Under the pieces are notes generated by a model that saw only the letters and a program-made list of their open reading frames with translations, did not search any database and was not told where the DNA came from. Shown here one piece after another: positions 1 through 8,754 of a stretch of DNA of 64,000 bases; position 1 is the first letter of the stretch, and each line of letters begins with the position of its first letter. The position numbers and the translations under genes were made by a program. The stretch comes from Leptolyngbya sp. PLA1. Lineage in GTDB: Bacteria > Planctomycetota > Phycisphaerae > Phycisphaerales > UBA1924. The stretch lies in assembly GCA_021405315.1 (NCBI GenBank), contig QWIH01000009.1, forward strand, positions 7,059-71,058. The letters run 5' to 3'.

Positions 1-348
1 CGGGTGGTGACGAACCTGGTGAACAACGCGCTCGAGGCCTCGGCGGGTGGGGAGGCGGGGGTGGAGGTGCGCACGTTCCGGAAGCCGCGGCCCGACGGGG
101 GCGTGGCGGTGTGCCTTGAGGTCAAGGACAGCGGGCCGGGCATTCCGGCGGAGCTGCTCCCGCGGGTCTTCGAGCCGTTCGTCTCATCGAAGGGTCCGGG
201 TCGGGGGCTGGGGCTGTCTGCGGCGCTGGGCATTGTCCGGGCGTGCGGCGGGACGATCGAGGTGGAGTCCGAGCCCGGGAAGGGCGCCACGTTCCGCGTG
301 GAGCTGCCGGGTGACACGGGCACCGCGCCGAGCCACGGCGCGACCTAA
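1..348 (+). CDS. Sensor histidine kinase, C-terminal HATPase domain (5' truncated by window)
   Basis: N box VTNLVNNALEAS, G1 DSGPGI, F box FEPF, G2 GRGLGL, C-terminal GATFRVELP; frame is open from base 1. Confidence 0.9.
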   Translation, partial: RVVTNLVNNALEASAGGEAGVEVRTFRKPRPDGGVAVCLEVKDSGPGIPAELLPRVFEPFVSSKGPGRGLGLSAALGIVRACGGTIEVESEPGKGATFRVELPGDTGTAPSHGAT

Positions 349-361
349 CGTCTCGTCGCGC

Positions 362-1558
362 ATGTCACTGGCTCTGTTCATTCCGAAGGTGCATGAGTCG
401 CGGTACTCACTGCTGGGGACGATGGCGGCGGAGCTCGCGGACACGTTTTCGCGGGCGGGCTCGCACGTGAACCCGACGGAGCCGGTGTCGGTGCGCGGCG
501 CCGTGTACCTGTTCCTGAACATGCCCTCGTCGCTGGCGCAGCTCTGGGCGTGGGCCGGGGTGGACGAGCAGAGGCGTCCCCGGCAGCGTTCGGCGCTGCT
601 GCAGTTCTTCGTGGATCATCCGCTGGGGCTGGACCCGGCGTTGCTGGACGCGCTCTCCGGGGCGCCGCACTATCGGCTGCTGATGCCGTGCGCGGACGAC
701 GTGCACTGGTTCAGGCTTCGGTTTCCGGGGCTGAGGCACCTGAGGTGTCCGCACGGTGTGCCGGAGTGGGCGCTGTGCGAGGCGGGGGCGGTGGAGTCCT
801 CGCACGCGGAGGGGCGGGAGCTGGGGGTGCTGGTGACCGGGTCGATCCACACGCGGGCGGAGCTCGTGAAGCTTCGGGAGGCGGTGCCGAGCCCGGTGCG
901 GGCGGCGTGCGAGGACCTGGTGGAGTTTCAACTGCGGAACCCGTGGGCCTCGTTCGGGCAGGCGTTCGAGCTGACCATGCCGCAGGGCGTGTACGCGTCC
1001 GACCATTGGCGGCTGATGCAGGTGGTGTGGCGGTACACGACGGCGTCGCTGAACCGGGCGAGGCGGACGGGGATCGTGCGGGCGCTGCAGGGGCTACCGG
1101 TGACGATCATCGGGTCGGAGGCGTGGAAGGAGTTTGCGACGGGGACGATCACGCACCGGGGCGAGGCGGCGTACGCGGAGCTTCCGGCGTGGTTCTCGCG
1201 TGCGAAGGTGAGCCTGGCGTGGGGGCCGACGCAGTTTGTGCACAGCTACAGCGAGCGGGTGCTGCTGGCGCTGGCGGGGGGCTGCCCGTGCGTGGCGGAC
1301 GACCGAGCGCTGCTGAGGGCGGAGGTGGGAGAGGTCTGCCGCGTGTTTGATGCGGCGGATCCCGGGCAGGCGGCGTCGCAGGCGGAGGAACTGCTGAACG
1401 ACAGCGAGGCGCGGGTGAGGCTTGGGCGAGAGGGGCGGGAGCTGGTGGAGCGGTCGCACCTGTGGAAGCATCGGCTGGAGGTGCTGGTGTCGGTGGCGCT
1501 GGACGCGATGGGGATCGAGCCGGAGGCGGGGGGCGGGGCGGGCGGGGAGGCCTCCTGA
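362..1558 (+). CDS. Glycosyltransferase, CgeB/Glyco_trans_1_2-like (398 aa)
   Basis: Start refined to ATG 362. C-terminal GT-B signature YSERVLLALAGGCPCVADD...GREGRELVERSHLWKHRLE. Confidence 0.7.
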   Translation: MSLALFIPKVHESRYSLLGTMAAELADTFSRAGSHVNPTEPVSVRGAVYLFLNMPSSLAQLWAWAGVDEQRRPRQRSALLQFFVDHPLGLDPALLDALSGAPHYRLLMPCADDVHWFRLRFPGLRHLRCPHGVPEWALCEAGAVESSHAEGRELGVLVTGSIHTRAELVKLREAVPSPVRAACEDLVEFQLRNPWASFGQAFELTMPQGVYASDHWRLMQVVWRYTTASLNRARRTGIVRALQGLPVTIIGSEAWKEFATGTITHRGEAAYAELPAWFSRAKVSLAWGPTQFVHSYSERVLLALAGGCPCVADDRALLRAEVGEVCRVFDAADPGQAASQAEELLNDSEARVRLGREGRELVERSHLWKHRLEVLVSVALDAMGIEPEAGGGAGGEAS

Positions 1559-1568
1559 GGGCCGGGGC

Positions 1569-1574
1569 TACGCT
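1569..1574 (+). promoter_or_regulatory. -10-like hexamer TACGCT 7 nt before ATG 1582 (leaderless candidate)
   Basis: TANNNT, no SD. Confidence 0.45.
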
Positions 1575-1581
1575 ACCGGCC

Positions 1582-2751
1582 ATGCTGCACCTTCTGCTGA
1601 GCGTGTTGTCGTGCGTGGCGGTTCCGGACCCGGACGCGGCGAGGCTCGGGATTGAGTCACAACTGCGGGTGATGGAACAGGCGATGCTGAAGGGGGACGC
1701 GGCGGCGTACCTGTCGGCGGTGTCGGAGGCGGACAGCGAGTTTCTGCATGAGCAGCGGTACTTCGCGAACGACTTCGCGAAGAAGCCGCCGGCGGAAGTG
1801 ACGGTGTCGCTGGGCGAGCTGAAGGAGTCGGACGGGGCGGCGACCTCGAAGCTGACGTGGACGTGGTCGATGCCGGGGGCGAAGGCCCGGGAGGTGGCGT
1901 TCGAGGCGAGGTTCATCGAGGTCGACGGGAAGTGGCTGTACGCGGGTGAGGTGTGGGAGCGGCACGAGGCCCCCGGCGTGATGGTGCTGTTCGATCCGGG
2001 GCTGGAAGAGGTGGCGAGGAACACGGTGGAGGCGTTCACCGCGGTGCGGGCGAAGGTGGAGGAGAGCTTCGGGCTGGAGAAGTCGGCGCTGCCCGGTCGG
2101 ACGCAGAAGATCAAGCTGTACGGGTCGATGAAGCACCTGCAGCACTCGATCTGCCTGAGCTACACGGACGGGCTGGGTGGCTGGAACGAGCCGAAGGAGT
2201 CGGTGAAGATCCTGGCGGGGCGGAGTTCGCGTGTGAACCAGTTGAAGGGGCTGCTGTCGCACGAGTACGGGCACGTGGCGACGTTCGAGCTTGGGCCGAA
2301 GTCGAACGTGATGCCGTGGTGGGTGCTGGAGGGTGTGGCGGAGCTTTCGTCGGAGGTTGCGGTGCACGGGCGGCGGCCGCGGGCGACGGTGGAGCGGTGG
2401 GCGCGGGCCGGGCGGATCGCACCGTGGGACTCGCTGGCGGACTTCGAGCGCTGCGAGGACCGCTGGAAGGGCCACGTGTACACGCAGGGCCATCACATGA
2501 TCGGCTACATCGCCGACACGTTCGGGCGTCCGAGGCTCAACGCGTGGATGACAGAGATGTCGCAGGGGGCGACGATCGACGGGGCCAGCGAGAAGGTGCT
2601 GGAGCGTCCCTTTGCCCGGCTCGCGGCGGAATGGCGTGCGGCGCTCCCCGAGGAGGGCGCTGAGGAGCCCGCGCCGGAAGAGGGGCCGAAGAAGGAAGAG
2701 CCCTCGAAGGACGGCACCGCGAAGCAGGAGCCCGCGGCGGCGCCGAAGTAG
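1582..2751 (+). CDS. Secreted zinc metallopeptidase (peptidase MA/gluzincin-like) with N-terminal NTF2-like domain (389 aa)
   Basis: Hydrophobic N-terminus from ATG 1582; HEYGH zinc motif followed by PWWVLEGVAE; YTQG downstream. Confidence 0.75.
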   Translation: MLHLLLSVLSCVAVPDPDAARLGIESQLRVMEQAMLKGDAAAYLSAVSEADSEFLHEQRYFANDFAKKPPAEVTVSLGELKESDGAATSKLTWTWSMPGAKAREVAFEARFIEVDGKWLYAGEVWERHEAPGVMVLFDPGLEEVARNTVEAFTAVRAKVEESFGLEKSALPGRTQKIKLYGSMKHLQHSICLSYTDGLGGWNEPKESVKILAGRSSRVNQLKGLLSHEYGHVATFELGPKSNVMPWWVLEGVAELSSEVAVHGRRPRATVERWARAGRIAPWDSLADFERCEDRWKGHVYTQGHHMIGYIADTFGRPRLNAWMTEMSQGATIDGASEKVLERPFARLAAEWRAALPEEGAEEPAPEEGPKKEEPSKDGTAKQEPAAAPK

Positions 2752-2756
2752 TGCGG

Positions 2757-2954
2757 TCAGGCCCGCTTCTTTGAGGCGGGCTTCGCGGCTGCCCTGGCGG
2801 ACTTCTTGGAGCGGGCCGTCCGGGCCTGCTCTGTAAGGTGAGAGGGCTCGACGCGGCTGCCCTTGTGCGCGGGACGGGTTGCGGAGCGCTTCTTGCTCCC
2901 GCCGGCGCTGGGTGAGCGCTTTTTGGCGGCGGTGGCGTTGCGGAGGGTGCCCAT
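2757..2954 (-). CDS. Small Lys/Ala/Arg-rich basic protein (65 aa), histone H1-like composition
   Basis: ATG 2954 preceded by GGAG; sequence AAKKRSPSAGGSKKRS...AAAKPASKKRA; fills the gap between two real genes. Confidence 0.55.
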   Translation of the reverse strand: MGTLRNATAAKKRSPSAGGSKKRSATRPAHKGSRVEPSHLTEQARTARSKKSARAAAKPASKKRA

Positions 2955-2972
2955 GTGCGATACTCCAGTGAC

Positions 2973-2999
2973 CGTGCGGCGCACGAGGCGCGCCGCACG
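2973..2999. other. Perfect 10-bp GC-rich inverted repeat (hairpin) between the 3033-4247 gene and the small basic protein gene
   Basis: CGTGCGGCGC (2973-2982), 7-nt loop, GCGCCGCACG (2990-2999); no clear U-tract. Confidence 0.45.
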
Positions 3000-3032
3000 T
3001 TCATGACATGATATCTCGGTTTGCGTGGGCGC

Positions 3033-4247
3033 CTAATGACCGCTCTTGGTGGTCTTGGCGTGCGGGTCGGCCTTCTTCGCGTCCGGCTTCTTGGCGGCGG
3101 ACTTCTTCTCTGTGCCGTGTGCGCCGGACTTGGCCTTCGGGTCTGCGCCGTGCGTGGCTTCCTGCTTGTGGTCTTCGGTGCTGTCGGCGTTCTTTGATCC
3201 GGGGCCGGGCTCGGGGACGGCGGGTACCTCGTCGTGGGCGAAGTCGAAGGTGCCATCCGTGTGCGCGACCTTGGGGTCGGGCCTGAAGAACTCGATGTAG
3301 ACCCACAGGCAGGCGCCGAGGAAGACGGTGTTGGCGGCGACCCAGCCCAGGGATTCTCGCACGACCTTTGGCTTCGATGCGAACGGCGCGCTGAGCGGCG
3401 TGAGCGCTCGGGCCAGGACGTCGGCGAGACGCCGGGCCGGCGGCGGCGGGGCGGGCGATGCAACGGAAGCCGACGTCGCTGAGGGGGTGGTCGTCGCAGC
3501 GGGCGCCTGGGCCGACGCCGCGTGCGTGGCGGCGGAAGGCACTGGAGTGGCGTGCGGCGCGGAGGGAGCTGAAGGTGCCGCGGCATCGGGGCGCGAGGGC
3601 GCAGGGGGCGCGGGCGAACTCTTCGATGCTTGGACGGCGGGCGTGGTCGCGGGAACGGCGCGCGGAGTTTCGGCGGGGTTGGACGCGGCCTGCTGGAGGA
3701 GCTGATCGATCTGTGAGGAGAGGCCGGCTTCGGGGGTGGCCGGCTGGACGCCGGCGGGCGCCCGGGCGCCGGGAGCGGTGGCGGTTGGGATGGACCTTGC
3801 GTCGGGGGGGACTTCGGAAGGCGGGTCGCCGGGAGTGCCGGGCTGGGGAACGACGGACTTGGAAGGCTGGACGGGGGTCGCGGACGGAAGGGGAGCGGAG
3901 CTGGCCTGCGTTCCTCGCGGCGTGTGGGCGTCCGCCGCCCCGGGAGGGATGTCGGCCTTGGCTTCGGATGTCGGAGCCGGAGGGACGGACGCGCCGGCCT
4001 CGCGGAGCAGTTCGTTGAGTTCCTTGTCGATCTCCGAGGTGGGGATCGGCGTCTGTGGCGCGGTCGGTGGGGGAGAGGTCAGCGCTGCGGCCTGTTGTTC
4101 GAGGCGGCTGCGGCCGAGGTCGATCTCGGCGAGGAGGGAGTCGATCTGGTTGGTGAGGTCGCTGTCCGAAGGAGGCGCGGGGGGAACGGCGCCCGTCTCG
4201 GGCGGGGTCTGCAGCGGTGTTGGGGTTGTGGTTGAAGGGTCGGACAT
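3033..4247 (-). CDS. Pro/Ala-rich low-complexity membrane-anchored protein (404 aa) with Lys-rich C-terminal tail
   Basis: ATG 4247 (MSDPSTTTP); one TM segment GWVAANTVFLGACLWVYIEFF; repeated short helical motifs LTNQIDSLL, IDKELNELL, LSSQIDQLL. Confidence 0.7.
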   Translation of the reverse strand: MSDPSTTTPTPLQTPPETGAVPPAPPSDSDLTNQIDSLLAEIDLGRSRLEQQAAALTSPPPTAPQTPIPTSEIDKELNELLREAGASVPPAPTSEAKADIPPGAADAHTPRGTQASSAPLPSATPVQPSKSVVPQPGTPGDPPSEVPPDARSIPTATAPGARAPAGVQPATPEAGLSSQIDQLLQQAASNPAETPRAVPATTPAVQASKSSPAPPAPSRPDAAAPSAPSAPHATPVPSAATHAASAQAPAATTTPSATSASVASPAPPPPARRLADVLARALTPLSAPFASKPKVVRESLGWVAANTVFLGACLWVYIEFFRPDPKVAHTDGTFDFAHDEVPAVPEPGPGSKNADSTEDHKQEATHGADPKAKSGAHGTEKKSAAKKPDAKKADPHAKTTKSGH

Positions 4248-4360
4248 CGCGTGTGGCGCGAGGAGGCGCCGGTCCACATATCGTCCGGGCCGGGGCCCGG
4301 CTGCACGCGGGTACCGTACCACGGCCGATCCATGACGGATCGGGGAGATCCGGATAACCG

Positions 4361-5068
4361 ATGAGCCAGCACCGAATCTACTTTCCGGACCAACTGCCCG
4401 AGGTGGGAGGGCGTGTCGCGCTGGGGGGCGAGGAGGCGCAGCATGCGTTTCGGGTGAAGCGGGTGGAGCCGGGGGAGTTGGTGGCGCTTCACGATGGCCG
4501 GGGCGGGGTCGCGGTCGCGGGGGTCGTGGGTGTTTCGAAGCGGCGAGGGGAGTGGACGCTCGAGCTCGAAGTTCGGGAGGTGGAGCTGCGCGCGAGGCCG
4601 GAGCCCCGGCTGACGGTGCTGGCGTCGGCGCCGAAGGGGGATCGTCTGGAGGCCATGGTGGACGGGCTGGCGCAGGTGGGCGTGGAGCGATTCTCGCCAC
4701 TGGTGACCGCGCGGACGGTGGTGGAGCCCCGGCAGGGCAAGCTGGACCGGCTAGCGAGGGTCGCGGTTGAGGCGATGAAGCAGAGCGGGGGCGCGTATCT
4801 GCTGGACGTCGGCGGGCCGGTGGCCCTGGCGGACGCGCTGAAGCGCGAGGGGGCCGTGATCATGGCGGATGCGAGCGGCGAGTCCTGGCGAGGGCCGATC
4901 GCGTCGCGCGTGACGCTGCTGGTGGGGCCGGAGGGGGGCTGGACGCCTGAGGAACTGGAGGAAGCCCGCGGGGCGGGGGCACGCGTCGCGCGGTTCGGGG
5001 CCTTCACGATGCGCGTGGAGGTGGCGGCGGTGGTATCGGCGGGGATCCTGATGCAGGCGGGGGGCTAG
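4361..5068 (+). CDS. rsmE: 16S rRNA m3U1498 methyltransferase RsmE
   Basis: QHAFRVKRVEPGE, KGDRLEAMVDGLAQVGV, LLVGPEGGWTPEE, MRVEVAAV SPOUT motifs. Confidence 0.93.
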   Translation: MSQHRIYFPDQLPEVGGRVALGGEEAQHAFRVKRVEPGELVALHDGRGGVAVAGVVGVSKRRGEWTLELEVREVELRARPEPRLTVLASAPKGDRLEAMVDGLAQVGVERFSPLVTARTVVEPRQGKLDRLARVAVEAMKQSGGAYLLDVGGPVALADALKREGAVIMADASGESWRGPIASRVTLLVGPEGGWTPEELEEARGAGARVARFGAFTMRVEVAAVVSAGILMQAGG

Positions 5069-6333
5069 GCGGTGGCGCGGACGGACTGCTCGCGGCCGAG
5101 TTCCTCGCGAAGGGCGAGGGCGAGCATCTCGTACTGCTCGACGCGGTTGTAGAGGAAGGCGGAGATGCGCACGACGCGGCGGTTCTGCGGGCCCCAGCGC
5201 CAGATCGGGGCGACGATGCGGTGACGCTCGTAGAGGGCGTCCTGGAGCGCGTCGTCGTAGGCGGTCGGGCGGTCCAGGAGGTGCGGGGCGGGGTCCGGGA
5301 TGGGGAGCGTGGCCATGGTCCCGACGAGGGCCTCGGGCGTCGGGGGCTCGATGTCGAGGGAGGCGGAGACGACGCGCCGGCCCCGCATGATGAGGTCGTG
5401 GTTGGCGCGCATGAGGGCGGGCCAGCCGCCGGGGAGCAGGCTGCCGGTGGCTTCGAGCGCGCTGGGGAGGCTGAGGGTGGGCGTGTAGTCGTTGGTGCCC
5501 ATGTAATCGAAGTCGCGGAGGAAGAGGGGTCGCTCCGGGCGGACCTTGTGCGCGCGGCTGGAGAGCGCGAGGGAGCGGAGGCGGCCCTGTCGGTCGGGCC
5601 TGACGTGCATGAAGCCGGTGCCCTTGGGGGCGCCGAGCCACTTGTGCCCGCTGCCGACGTAGTAGGTGGCGTGCATGGCGCCGACATCGAGGGGGATCTG
5701 GCCCGGGGCGTGGGCGCCGTCAACGAGGGAGTCGATGCCGAGCTCGTTGAGTGCGCGGACGATGGCGGCGGCGGGGAAGATGAGGGAGGTGGCGCTGGTG
5801 ATGTGCGGGATGATGGCGAGGCGGGTTCGGGGCGTGACGCAGGCGAGGTAGCGGGCGAGGATCTCGTCGCTGTCGCGGACGGGGAAGGGGATGGTGGCGG
5901 TGACGAGCTTCGCGCCGGTGCGTGCGCAGATGCGGGCGAGCTCGTTGGTGACGCTGGTGTACTCGTGATCGGTGACGAGGACCTCATCGCCGGGGGAGAG
6001 GTCGGCGGCGTTGAGGATGGTGCAGATGGCGACGGTCGCGTTGGCGACGAGGGCGAGGTCGGCGGGCCGGCAGTTGAGGAAGGCGCCGAGGCGTTCACGG
6101 ACGCCGTCGGTCAGGGGCTCGAGGTCGACCTTGAAGAAGCGGACGGGGTCGCGCTCCATTCGTTCACGGATGGCGGACTGGGCCTGGAGGACGGGCCGGA
6201 GGACGGAGCCGTAGCTGCCGTGGTTGAGGAAGACGAGGGAGGGGTCGAGGGGCCAGGGCCCCGGCGCGAGGGGGCCGGCGGGCTGGTGGTCCTTTGGTGC
6301 GATCCTCGCCGTGTGTACAGATCGGGTTGACAT
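5065..6333 (-). CDS. PLP-dependent class V aminotransferase (isopenicillin N epimerase/cysteine lyase-like)
   Basis: FLNHGSYG, VDGAHAPG, GSGHKWLGAPKG (PLP lysine). Confidence 0.88.
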   Translation of the reverse strand: MSTRSVHTARIAPKDHQPAGPLAPGPWPLDPSLVFLNHGSYGSVLRPVLQAQSAIRERMERDPVRFFKVDLEPLTDGVRERLGAFLNCRPADLALVANATVAICTILNAADLSPGDEVLVTDHEYTSVTNELARICARTGAKLVTATIPFPVRDSDEILARYLACVTPRTRLAIIPHITSATSLIFPAAAIVRALNELGIDSLVDGAHAPGQIPLDVGAMHATYYVGSGHKWLGAPKGTGFMHVRPDRQGRLRSLALSSRAHKVRPERPLFLRDFDYMGTNDYTPTLSLPSALEATGSLLPGGWPALMRANHDLIMRGRRVVSASLDIEPPTPEALVGTMATLPIPDPAPHLLDRPTAYDDALQDALYERHRIVAPIWRWGPQNRRVVRISAFLYNRVEQYEMLALALREELGREQSVRATA

Positions 6334-6527
6334 CGGGTGTGAGGTATCGGCCTTCGGGGCGGCGCGGGGTCAATCATCGGTGCGGGATCGTGAACGTAGC
6401 CGGGTGGGCGGGCGGACCAACCGACACACCCCCATCGGAGTGCGAACCCGGGGCTGTGGGTGCGCCCGGGTGAAGTGGCGGTACGATGGCGCACGGGGCG
6501 GAGTCGCCCTCATCGGGAGGCAACGGG

Positions 6528-7925
6528 ATGTCACACGCGAGTCGGTGCGCGGAGGGCGTGGGGTGGGGGCGGTCGGGAGCAACGGTTCGGCGGGTGGGGT
6601 CGCTGGTGGGCGCGGCGGTGCTGGGCGCGATGATGGGCGGGTGCCCGGCGAAGCCGCCGGCGCCGCCGCCGGCGCCTGCACCGACTCCTGCGCCGCCTGC
6701 GAAAGTGGTGAAGGACCCGTCCAAGGTTCTGGAGGCATCGCGGAAGGCGCTGGGGGAGGCGGTGGCGCTGAGTTATTCGGCGGGGGTGGAGGGGCAGGGG
6801 GCGCTGAAGGACAAGGTGGATGCGTACACGGCGCAGGTGATCGCGGCGAAGGTGCAGGCGGAGGGCGGCGGCTGGAAGCTGTATCTCAGGGGCGCGTGCC
6901 GTCCGGCGGACCCGCAGACCCTCCCGAGCGAGTTTGAGATCGGGTACGACGGGTCGACGGTTCGGAGCCTGCGCCCGCTGGAGCAGGCGGTGTACGAGCG
7001 TGACAACGTGGTGGAGATGGATGAACTGGCGGTGTTTCTGGGCGGGCAGTCGGTGAAGCCCCCGGTGGCGTGGGAGCTGCTGGGGGAGGTTCCGCTGGAT
7101 GCCAAGGGCGGGACGCTGGCGTTTGAGGGGCAGGAGAAGGCGGACGGGGTGATATGCGACGTGGTGCGGATCACGCCGGCGGCGGAAGGAGGGGCGCCCG
7201 CTGCGGGGGACACGTCCGAGCGAGAGGCCGGGTTGCGGGTGTACATCGCGGAGCACGACCACTTGCCACGGCGGATCGAGCGGCTGGTGACGCTGGCGGG
7301 CGTGGACGGGGCGAGGGTGCTGAAGTTGGACGAACTGAAGGTGACCACGCCGGAGCGGGCGGAGGTGTCGATGGTGTCGTTCGTGCTGGAGGCACCGTCG
7401 GACTTCACGCACCGGACGGTGCAGGCGGCGCTGAACAAGCCGGCGGGCGGGGATGCGGAGCCGGAGCCATCGGATCTGGACCTGGCGATGGAGCCGCTGG
7501 CGGTGGGCACGCCCGCGCCGGACTGGACGCTGCCGATGCCGGACGGGTCGAAGGTGAGCCTGTCGAGCCATGCTGGAAAGGTGGTGGTGCTGGACTTCTG
7601 GGGCACGTGGTGCCCGTTCTGCCTGAAGGCGATGCCTCAGATCCAGAAGCTGCACGACGCGTACAAGGACAAGGGGGTGGTGGTCCTGGGGCTGAACACG
7701 GAGAACGACCCGTCGGCGGACCCGGCGGGGTTCATGAAGCAGAAGAAGTACACGTACGGGCTGGTGCTGAATGCGGAGAAGGTGACGAGGCCGTACCGGG
7801 TGTTCGGCTTTCCGACGCTGTACGTGATCGGGCGTGACGGGAACATCGCGTTGGTGGAGCAGGGGGCGAAGCCGGATCTGTACGAGACGGTGTCTCGCGT
7901 GATCGACGAGGAACTGGGGCTGTGA
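6528..7925 (+). CDS. Lipoprotein with LolA-like N-terminal domain and C-terminal TlpA/redoxin domain (465 aa)
   Basis: GGGAGG RBS before ATG 6528; lipobox-like LGAMMGGC; VVVLDFWGTWCPFC and GFPTLYVIGRDG thioredoxin motifs. The LolA-like call is a pattern impression. Confidence 0.8.
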   Translation: MSHASRCAEGVGWGRSGATVRRVGSLVGAAVLGAMMGGCPAKPPAPPPAPAPTPAPPAKVVKDPSKVLEASRKALGEAVALSYSAGVEGQGALKDKVDAYTAQVIAAKVQAEGGGWKLYLRGACRPADPQTLPSEFEIGYDGSTVRSLRPLEQAVYERDNVVEMDELAVFLGGQSVKPPVAWELLGEVPLDAKGGTLAFEGQEKADGVICDVVRITPAAEGGAPAAGDTSEREAGLRVYIAEHDHLPRRIERLVTLAGVDGARVLKLDELKVTTPERAEVSMVSFVLEAPSDFTHRTVQAALNKPAGGDAEPEPSDLDLAMEPLAVGTPAPDWTLPMPDGSKVSLSSHAGKVVVLDFWGTWCPFCLKAMPQIQKLHDAYKDKGVVVLGLNTENDPSADPAGFMKQKKYTYGLVLNAEKVTRPYRVFGFPTLYVIGRDGNIALVEQGAKPDLYETVSRVIDEELGL

Positions 7926-7941
7926 GCGGGGGTGTTCGGGC

Positions 7942-8754
7942 GTGACGCTGGCGCGGAAGTTCGTGATCGCGGGGCAGGTCTGGCTGGTGCTGGGCGTGCT
8001 GGTGTGGATCGTGTGCGCGGTGCTGTGGCAGTCGGCGGAAGCTCACGACCCGGCGTCGCTCGTGGCGATCCCGAGGTGGGACGAGGTGGTGGGCACGCTG
8101 GTCGATCCGGAGTATGTGGCGTGGGTGGTGGGGTGCACGCTGGGGATGGCGCTGCTGCAGACGGTGTTTCTGTGGCCGGTGCGGAAGCCGACGAGGAAGG
8201 ACGCGTCGGGGTTGTCGGTGTTTCTGAGCCTGGCGGCGGCGGGGGTGATGATCGGGGCGCTGCTGCTGGCGGCGGGGCTGGCGGCGGGGCAGTTTCTGTG
8301 GAACTACGCGGAGGACCTTCGGGCGTTTGAGTCGATCGGGCGGGTGGTGGTGATCGGGACGGCGGTGGCGGGCTGGCTGGTGGGGACGTGGGTTCTCGTC
8401 GCGTTCTGCCACCGGGGCACGCGCGAGTCGATGGTCGGGCGTCTGGCGGCGAAGCTGCTGCTGGGGACGATCGTGGAGACGGCGGCGATCATTCCGCTGG
8501 ATGTTCTGGTGAGGCGGAAGGAGTCGTGCTACTGCCTGGCGGGCACGTACTGGGCGCTGCTGATCTGTGGCGCGGTGGGGCTGGTGGTGCTTGGGCCGGC
8601 GATCCTGCTGCCGGTGCTGATCCGGCGGCGGAAGCGCTGGTATGGGAACCGCTGCGACGCGTGCGGGTTTGACCTGACGGGGCTGGTGAACCCGGAGCGG
8701 TGCCCCGAGTGCGGGGCGGGGTGGAGGCCTGCCGGGGGCGAGGTCAGAGCTTGA
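7942..8754 (+). CDS. Multi-pass membrane protein with C-terminal zinc ribbon
   Basis: About 6-7 hydrophobic segments; C-terminal CDACGFDLTGLVNPERCPECG (CxxC-x12-CxxC). Confidence 0.7.
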   Translation: MTLARKFVIAGQVWLVLGVLVWIVCAVLWQSAEAHDPASLVAIPRWDEVVGTLVDPEYVAWVVGCTLGMALLQTVFLWPVRKPTRKDASGLSVFLSLAAAGVMIGALLLAAGLAAGQFLWNYAEDLRAFESIGRVVVIGTAVAGWLVGTWVLVAFCHRGTRESMVGRLAAKLLLGTIVETAAIIPLDVLVRRKESCYCLAGTYWALLICGAVGLVVLGPAILLPVLIRRRKRWYGNRCDACGFDLTGLVNPERCPECGAGWRPAGGEVRA

